DNA of 64,000 bases from an uncultured Rhizobium sp. GTDB lineage: Bacteria > Pseudomonadota > Alphaproteobacteria > Rhizobiales > Rhizobiaceae. The translations under genes were made by a program, and so were the position numbers. The stretch lies in the NCBI GenBank assembly GCA_945952315.1, contig CAMFIE010000011.1:51638-115637 (forward strand), read 5' to 3'. Position 1 is the first letter of the stretch; the number at the start of each line of letters is the position of its first letter. The notes beneath the pieces were generated by a model. The model was not told the DNA's origin and did no database searches. It saw only the letters and a list, made by a program, of their open reading frames with translations. Positions 58,146 to 64,000 of this stretch are shown piece by piece.

Positions 58146-59288
58146 ATGAACGGAACGATACCCCTCAGCCACCACTCCGCGAGCCTGGAGCCACCGCAGG
58201 CGGAGCCAGCAAGAAAACCCCTTGTCCAGTTCCAATCTGTCAAGAAGTCCTATGATGGCAAGAGCCTCGTCGTCAAAGACCTCAATCTCGATGTCGGTGA
58301 AGGCGAATTCCTGACCATGCTCGGCCCGTCCGGATCGGGCAAGACCACGACACTGATGATGCTGGGCGGGTTTGAACGCCCGACCAGCGGTCATATCCTT
58401 CTCGATGGCAAGGCCGTCGAGAAGCTTCCACCGGAAAAGCGCAATATCGGCTTCGTCTTTCAGAACTATGCGCTCTTCCCGCATATGACCGTGGCGGAAA
58501 ACATTGCCTTCCCCTTGCGCTACCGCAACAGATCACGCGCGGAAACGCAGGCGCGTGTTGCCCGCGCCCTTTCGATGGTTCATCTGGATACATTCGGCGA
58601 TCGCAAGCCCGGGCAACTCTCCGGTGGCCAGCAGCAGCGCGTGGCGCTCGCCCGTGCGCTGGTCTTTGAACCCTCGCTCGTGCTGATGGACGAGCCGCTG
58701 GGCGCCCTCGACAAGCAGTTGCGCGAACACATGCAGTTCGAGATCAAGAAGTTGCAGGTCGAACTCGGCATCACCATGGTCTATGTCACGCATGACCAGT
58801 CGGAAGCGCTGACCATGTCGGATCGCATCGCGGTTTTTCACGACGGCATGATCCAGCAATGCGCCGATCCGGTTACGCTTTACAATGCGCCGGTCAATCG
58901 CTTCGTCGCGAGCTTCATCGGCGACAACAATCTTCTGCCCTGCCAGCTCAAGCTGGCCGACAAGGACCGGTTGCGTGTGGCGATGGCCGATGGCAGCGAA
59001 CTGGATGCCATCAATCCTCCGGCCGGACGCATGAAGGATCTCAGCCTTTCCATCCGCCCGGAGCGGATCGCCGTCGCGGGCAAGACGTCAAGCCCGCTCA
59101 ACAATCGTTTCCAGGCCCGCGTCGGTTCGCTCTTTTTCCAGGGCGATCATGTGCGTCTGACACTGGAGGCCTTCGGTTCGGATGCGCTGGTCGCCCATGT
59201 TGCCGCCCGCGACGCAGCCGGTCTGAGGGCCGGTGACCGGGCCGCCTTTGAAGTTCCCTTCGCCGATTGCCGCATTCTGGAGGCATGA
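58146..59288 (+). CDS. Polyamine-type ABC transporter ATP-binding protein (PotA/PotG-like)
   Basis: GPSGSGKTT, LSGGQQQRVALARA, VLMDEPLGALD, TOBE C-terminus. Confidence 0.85.
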   Translation: MNGTIPLSHHSASLEPPQAEPARKPLVQFQSVKKSYDGKSLVVKDLNLDVGEGEFLTMLGPSGSGKTTTLMMLGGFERPTSGHILLDGKAVEKLPPEKRNIGFVFQNYALFPHMTVAENIAFPLRYRNRSRAETQARVARALSMVHLDTFGDRKPGQLSGGQQQRVALARALVFEPSLVLMDEPLGALDKQLREHMQFEIKKLQVELGITMVYVTHDQSEALTMSDRIAVFHDGMIQQCADPVTLYNAPVNRFVASFIGDNNLLPCQLKLADKDRLRVAMADGSELDAINPPAGRMKDLSLSIRPERIAVAGKTSSPLNNRFQARVGSLFFQGDHVRLTLEAFGSDALVAHVAARDAAGLRAGDRAAFEVPFADCRILEA

Positions 59289-60535
59289 CGATGAGCACCG
59301 CCACCCTTTCCCTTGGCCGAAGCGCAGCCATGCCGCTCCGGCAGGCGGTTCGCCGGGCCGAACGTCCGGCCCGCAATCTTGCGGTTCTCATGGTCGTGCC
59401 CGCTCTGCTTTTCGTGATCATCACCTTCTTCGTGCCGATCCTGAAGCTGCTCGCCACATCCGTACAGAACCCGGAAGTCGCCTCCGGACTGCCGCAAACC
59501 ATGATCATGCTGAAGGACTGGGACGGGCATTCGCTCCCAGACGAGAAGGTCTTCGCCGCCCTTGCCGCAGACCTCGACGCCGCGCACAAGACCTCATCGG
59601 CAGCATCGATCGGCAAACGCCTCAACTATGAAATTCCCGGAGCCCGCAGCCTGCTGGTGGGCACCGCGCGCGTCGTCTCCGCGTTTTCCCCGCCCTACCG
59701 GGAGGCATTCCTCGCGCGCGATGCCGCCTGGGGAAATCCGGAGATCTGGTCAGTCATCGCCCGCAACGAAAGCAGGCTCACACCCTTCTACCTGATGCAG
59801 GCGGTCGACCTTCGCCAGGATGCCGAAGGCCATCTGCAAAGCGCACCGGCGGATGAAGCGATCTTTCTCGATGTTCTCGGCCGCACATTGGCTGTCGCCG
59901 GTCTCGTCACGCTTTCGACACTGATCCTTGGCTATCCGGTCGCCTACATGCTGACGCAGGCCCCTGCCCGCATCGCCGCCCTGATGATGCTGATGGTTCT
60001 GCTGCCGCTCTGGACATCGCTTCTGGTGCGCACAACGGCCTGGGTGGTGCTGCTCCAGACCGATGGCGTCATCAATGACATCCTGATCGGCCTGCATCTC
60101 ACGGCCGAGCGCCTGCAGCTCATCTTCACGCGCTTCGGCACGGTGCTGGCGATGACCCATATCCAGTTGCCCTTCACCATTCTGCCGATCTATTCCGTCA
60201 TGCGCACCATTCCCGCAACGCATCTGAGGGCCGCCCGCTCGCTCGGGGCACCGCCGGTTGCGGCTTTCTGGCGGATCTATGCACCCCAGACCATCCCGGG
60301 CGTGACAGCCGGTTGCCTGATGACCTTCATTCTGTCGCTTGGCTATTACATCACGCCGGCGCTGGTTGGTGGCCCGCGTGACCAGATGCTGTCGAACTTC
60401 ATCTCGACCTATATCAACCGCGATCTGAACTGGAACTTCGCCGCTGCCCTTGGCGCAGTCCTTCTCCTCGTCACCCTCGGCATTTACGGCCTCTTCCTGA
60501 AGCTCGCCGGTGCCGACAAGATCAAGCTGGGATGA
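59285..60535 (+). CDS. ABC transporter permease (PotB/PotH-like)
   Basis: ATGA overlap with the ATPase gene. EAA loop LRAARSLGAPPVAAFWRIYAPQTIPG. Long N-terminal periplasmic loop. Confidence 0.8.
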   Translation: MTMSTATLSLGRSAAMPLRQAVRRAERPARNLAVLMVVPALLFVIITFFVPILKLLATSVQNPEVASGLPQTMIMLKDWDGHSLPDEKVFAALAADLDAAHKTSSAASIGKRLNYEIPGARSLLVGTARVVSAFSPPYREAFLARDAAWGNPEIWSVIARNESRLTPFYLMQAVDLRQDAEGHLQSAPADEAIFLDVLGRTLAVAGLVTLSTLILGYPVAYMLTQAPARIAALMMLMVLLPLWTSLLVRTTAWVVLLQTDGVINDILIGLHLTAERLQLIFTRFGTVLAMTHIQLPFTILPIYSVMRTIPATHLRAARSLGAPPVAAFWRIYAPQTIPGVTAGCLMTFILSLGYYITPALVGGPRDQMLSNFISTYINRDLNWNFAAALGAVLLLVTLGIYGLFLKLAGADKIKLG

Positions 60536-61344
60536 GCATCATGTGGCTTCCGACCTATGCAACCCCCTTCGAACGCGCCTCGCGCTTCATCGTGTTGAGT
60601 TTTGCGATTTGTGTTCTGCTGTTCCTGATTGCGCCGCTCTTTGTCATCGTGCCGCTCTCCTTTTCGCATGATCCTTTCTTCACCCTGCCGGTGAAACAAT
60701 GGTCATTGCGCTGGTATGCCGATTTCTTCGAGAACCCGCGCTGGATAACCGGCATCATCAATTCCACGGTGACGGCAACATCCACTGCCATTCTCGCGAC
60801 CACGCTTGGCACGCTGGCCGCCATCGGCATCACACACCCGGCATTCCCCTTCCGCAAGGCGGCGATGGCGGTGCTGATTTCGCCGATGATCGTGCCAATC
60901 ATGATCGTCGCCGTCGGTTCCTACCTGTTCTATGGCGAACTCGGCCTGACGAACACGCGGCTGGGGCTGGTGCTTGCCCATACGGCCCTTGCCGTTCCCT
61001 TCGTGATCGTGACGGTCACGGCAACACTCTCGACCTATGACGGCAACCTCTCGCGGGCAGCCGCAAGCCTTGGTGCACCACCGCTCTCACGCTTCTTCCG
61101 GGTCATGCTGCCACAGATCCTGCCGGGCGTGGTCTCCGGCGGCATCTTTGCCTTCGCCGTTTCCTTTGACGAGGTGGTGGTTGCGCTGTTTCTGACCGGG
61201 GCTGAACAAAGAACACTTCCCGTCCAGATGTTTTCCGGTATCCGCGATCAGATCAACCCGACCATCATGGCAGCCGCAACACTGCTTCTGGCCTTGTCGA
61301 TCCTGCTGTTCGGCACGCTTAATTTGCTGACCCGCCGCACATGA
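60532..61344 (+). CDS. ABC transporter permease (PotC/PotI-like)
   Basis: ATGA overlap with the upstream gene. EAA loop SRAAASLGAPPLSRFFRVMLPQILPG. Confidence 0.8.
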   Translation: MSIMWLPTYATPFERASRFIVLSFAICVLLFLIAPLFVIVPLSFSHDPFFTLPVKQWSLRWYADFFENPRWITGIINSTVTATSTAILATTLGTLAAIGITHPAFPFRKAAMAVLISPMIVPIMIVAVGSYLFYGELGLTNTRLGLVLAHTALAVPFVIVTVTATLSTYDGNLSRAAASLGAPPLSRFFRVMLPQILPGVVSGGIFAFAVSFDEVVVALFLTGAEQRTLPVQMFSGIRDQINPTIMAAATLLLALSILLFGTLNLLTRRT

Positions 61345-61449
61345 GGCAAGGCCTTCGGCAATAACAGTGCGTCCGGCAGGCTGGTCAGGGATATCCCCGG
61401 TCCGCCTGCCGGTTCAGGTAATGCCAGCTGCTTTTCAATTCTTTTAACT

Positions 61450-62322
61450 TCAGGGCCGTTCGGAAGCGACAAAAGCATCCGCAATACGGGCCGCAAAGCT
61501 TTCAGCGACGGTCGACCGTTTCTTGTCCGTGTTCAGATAGATGCCGACCACCACATCCGAAAGCCGCGGCAGATGCCGGGCATCCTGGACAATCGAAAGC
61601 TTCGGCGGCACGATGCGGCGCGCCAGAACCGAATTGCCGAAGCCGGAGACAACCGCCGCCTCGATACCGGCAAGACTGGGGCTTTGATAGACGATTTCAT
61701 ATTGGCGTCCGTCGCGCTGCAAGGCCGAAAGCATGCCGCGCCGGTAAAGGCAGCCCTCCGGATAGCAGACGATCCGCAACTGTCCGTCTTCATCCTCGAT
61801 CAGGTGATCCGGCCTGTCCCCCACCCAGACCAGCGGTTCGCGCCAGGTCATGAAGGCACCCTCTGCCGGACCATCGGCGGTCATGGCGACGACAATGTCA
61901 TGCAGGCCGTTGCGCAGCCCCTGCAGCAGATTATGCGAGAGATCGCAAACCACATCGAGCGTGAAATCGCCGGTCGAACGGGCAATGCCCGCCATCAGCC
62001 GAGGCAGGAAATGATCGGCATAGTCGTTGGGAATGCCGAGCCTCAGCTTGCCGCGCGAATCCCGGCTTGAAAGCCGCAGCATGAGATCATCATTCAGCGC
62101 CAGCATCTGCCTGCCATAGGTGGCAACAAGCTCGCCGGCTTCGGTTGGCGTCGCGCCGCCATCCTTGGTGAAAAGCTGGACGCCGATCAGATCCTGCAAC
62201 CGCCGCATCTGCAGGGAAATGGCAGGCTGCGTGCGGCCAAGCTGCTCACCGGCGCGCGTATAGCCCCGCAGATCGATGACCGTTATGAACGTGCGCAGAA
62301 GATCGGTTGGAATGTTGCGCAT
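61450..62322 (-). CDS. LysR-family transcriptional regulator
   Basis: N-terminal HTH MRNIPTDLLRTFITVIDLRGYTRAGEQLGRTQPAISLQMRRLQD; LysR substrate-binding domain. Confidence 0.85.
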   Translation of the reverse strand: MRNIPTDLLRTFITVIDLRGYTRAGEQLGRTQPAISLQMRRLQDLIGVQLFTKDGGATPTEAGELVATYGRQMLALNDDLMLRLSSRDSRGKLRLGIPNDYADHFLPRLMAGIARSTGDFTLDVVCDLSHNLLQGLRNGLHDIVVAMTADGPAEGAFMTWREPLVWVGDRPDHLIEDEDGQLRIVCYPEGCLYRRGMLSALQRDGRQYEIVYQSPSLAGIEAAVVSGFGNSVLARRIVPPKLSIVQDARHLPRLSDVVVGIYLNTDKKRSTVAESFAARIADAFVASERP

Positions 62323-62449
62323 GGCGACGTCCCGTGGATGTGAAAAAGCCGCCAGGGCCTTGAGGCACTGGCGGTCGGAATATGGTAGTCCCCCGATAAG
62401 ACCCTGTCGAGCAGGCAAATGCCGGAGGACCGGAAGGTCAGTTGGGGTA

Positions 62450-63694
62450 TCAACGGGCCGGAATGATGTTTTTCTCCGGACCGAAGGGGAAGTGGGTGAT
62501 GTTTTCCGAACCGTTTTCGGTGATCACCAGAATATCATGCTCGCGATAGCCGCCAGCGCCCGGCATGCCTTCCGGCAGTGTCAGCATCGGTTCCATGGAA
62601 ACAACCATGCCCGGCTGGAGTACGGTGTTGATGTCCTCGCGCAGTTCCACGCCGGCCTCGCGACCATAATAGTGCGACAGCACGCCGAACGAGTGACCGT
62701 AGCCGAAGGAGCGATAGCCGAGCAGGCCATAGGAACGGTAGATCTCGTTCAGCTCGCTTGCGACATCGCCGCAACGCGCACCGGGTTTCAGGAGTTCCAG
62801 ACCGCGACGATGCACCTCGACATTCACATTCCAGATGCGCAGATGCTCGTCAGAGGCGTGATCCAGGAACAGCGTGCGCTCCAGCGCCGTGTAATAGCCG
62901 GAGATCATCGGGAAGCAGTTGAGCGAGAGGATATCGCCCTTCTGCACCTTGCGCGACGTGACCGGATTGTGGGCGCCGTCGGTGTTGACGCCGGACTGGA
63001 ACCACACCCAGGTGTCCATCAGCTCCGCATCCGGGTAGGTCTTGGCGATGTGGCGAACCATGGCCTGAGTACCGGCGAGCGCCACTTCATATTCCGGAAT
63101 GCCTTCCCGCAGGGCGTCGCGTATCGCTTCACCGCCAATATCGGCCGTATGCGCACCTTCCTTGATCAGCACGATTTCTTCGGCCGACTTGATGGTGCGC
63201 ATCCACATGGTCGGCGCGCCGACATCAACAAACTCGGCCTTGGGGAAGGCCTCCTTGAGAAGCTTGAGATAATCGAGGTTCAGGTGATCGAACTCGACGC
63301 CAATGCGCTTGGCATCCGGCAGAAGCGTCTGGAGCGCGAAGAAGAAATTGTCGCGTTGCCAGTCGGTGTACGTGATGTTATCGCCTGCCGTGCGGCGCCA
63401 GGGCTGGCCGGCATCAATGCCCGCCGAAACAGACGTTGCAATCTTGTCTGTGACAACGAAGGCATAGCGCCGACCGAAATAGCAATACATGAAATCGGCG
63501 AAATAGTTGATGTTGTGGTAGGAGGTCAGGATTGACGCGTCGAGCTTCAGTTCCTCGTTGATCTTGCGGAGACCATCCTGCCGACGGCTCATCTCGGCCG
63601 CACTGAAGGTGGGCTTGGCCTTTTCGCCATTGTGCATCTTCTGAAGCCGCATCAGTTCATTCGGCATGCCTTTGGCAAAGATATTCATCATCAT
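62450..63694 (-). CDS. M24-family metallohydrolase (creatinase / Xaa-Pro aminopeptidase type; creatinase-N plus pita-bread domain)
   Basis: Pita-bread metal ligands (D..D, H, E, E) in HGYGHSFG...ME region. ATG triplet at 63688-63694 after TTGGAG. Confidence 0.75.
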   Translation of the reverse strand: MMMNIFAKGMPNELMRLQKMHNGEKAKPTFSAAEMSRRQDGLRKINEELKLDASILTSYHNINYFADFMYCYFGRRYAFVVTDKIATSVSAGIDAGQPWRRTAGDNITYTDWQRDNFFFALQTLLPDAKRIGVEFDHLNLDYLKLLKEAFPKAEFVDVGAPTMWMRTIKSAEEIVLIKEGAHTADIGGEAIRDALREGIPEYEVALAGTQAMVRHIAKTYPDAELMDTWVWFQSGVNTDGAHNPVTSRKVQKGDILSLNCFPMISGYYTALERTLFLDHASDEHLRIWNVNVEVHRRGLELLKPGARCGDVASELNEIYRSYGLLGYRSFGYGHSFGVLSHYYGREAGVELREDINTVLQPGMVVSMEPMLTLPEGMPGAGGYREHDILVITENGSENITHFPFGPEKNIIPAR

Positions 63695-63738
63695 CTCCAA
63701 TTCTGTTGCCGTGCCCGATGCACGGTCATTGAAGAGAC

Positions 63739-63770
63739 GTTACTCACTCGCGGTTTTTCTTTGAAATGAG
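63739..63770. promoter_or_regulatory. Inverted repeat TTACTCA-N18-TGAGTAA upstream of the M24 hydrolase gene
   Basis: 7-bp inverted repeat with T-rich spacer (ggtttttctttg), about 45-75 bp upstream of the predicted start of the minus-strand M24 gene. Confidence 0.2.
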
Positions 63771-64000
63771 TAATCCATATCAAGCCATTAGCAATTCTGG
63801 GTGCGGTCCGTCTGCCCAACGCTCGCCTAGAAGCAAGGTCGAACAGATGACAAGAGGACCGTGCACAGGCGCGTTATTCACGATCGGTTGGATGGTGTTG
63901 CAAGTGCGCGGTCGGGTTTCAGCAAGGCCGCGCATCGATTGCTAAAGGGTAAGCGCCGTTACAAAGCCACGTCGGTTTATGCTTGACGGAATGGGATGAC

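Noticed and set aside
1-64000. Mobile elements, prophage genes, CRISPR arrays, tRNA/rRNA genes
   Set aside because: No transposase/integrase-like ORFs, no regularly spaced direct repeats, and no obvious tRNA-like or rRNA-like segments were spotted by eye. A tRNAscan/Infernal run would be needed to exclude small RNAs formally.

Overview
High-GC (about 60%) window that looks like a Rhizobiaceae chromosome, Agrobacterium-like because of the lpiA-acvB pair. It is densely coding and I see no rRNA/tRNA, IS elements, prophage or CRISPR. I could not run homology searches; calls rest on motif recognition by eye and gene context.

Gene content, start to end:
- 1..5121: NRPS-terminal-domain fragment, Sfp-type PPTase, lysyl-PG synthase (lpiA), AcvB/VirJ.
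- 5239..8131: a secreted DUF4139 protein, then a hypothetical gene behind a 140-bp AT-rich tract.
- 8140..9331: a 500-bp AT-rich leader and a LuxR-type regulator.
- 9335..17316: PcaF/PaaJ thiolase, a RamB-like regulator divergent from isocitrate lyase (aceA), a pseudouridine synthase, prmB, a class-III aminotransferase.
- 17410..32891: all on the minus strand. Sugar ABC transporter, (alpha/alpha)6 glycosidase, LacI repressor, amino-acid ABC SBP and permease, SDR, a 1008-aa APH-kinase/M23-peptidase/class-III-aminotransferase fusion, and a GH42 beta-galactosidase. Both promoter regions carry paired TAAACGTTT palindromes 22 bp apart. I propose this is an undescribed catabolic system for a glycosylated amino-alcohol or amino-acid compound, with the fusion as a kinase/phospho-lyase module.
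- 33004..43997: IclR-controlled sugar-acid locus (enolase-superfamily dehydratase, RhaM-like mutarotase, lactonase) unusually combined with two MaoC hotdog proteins, a family-III CoA-transferase and a cytoplasmic SBP-like protein.
- 44215..49713: a lone flotillin; a Gate-domain membrane protein; cytochrome b561; an rcnR/csoR-type repressor with a frameshifted MFS gene.
- 49920..56590: AsnB-like amidotransferase, ACP, AMP-ligase, NadE-like PP-loop enzyme, FemAB-like GNAT and NPPY methyltransferase, resembling exosortase-associated EPS-modification genes.
- 57063..63694: polyamine-type ABC operon with a LysR regulator and an M24 creatinase-like hydrolase.

The ORF track reports GTG/TTG starts as M. 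Many long antisense ORFs are high-GC shadows and are listed under rejected.
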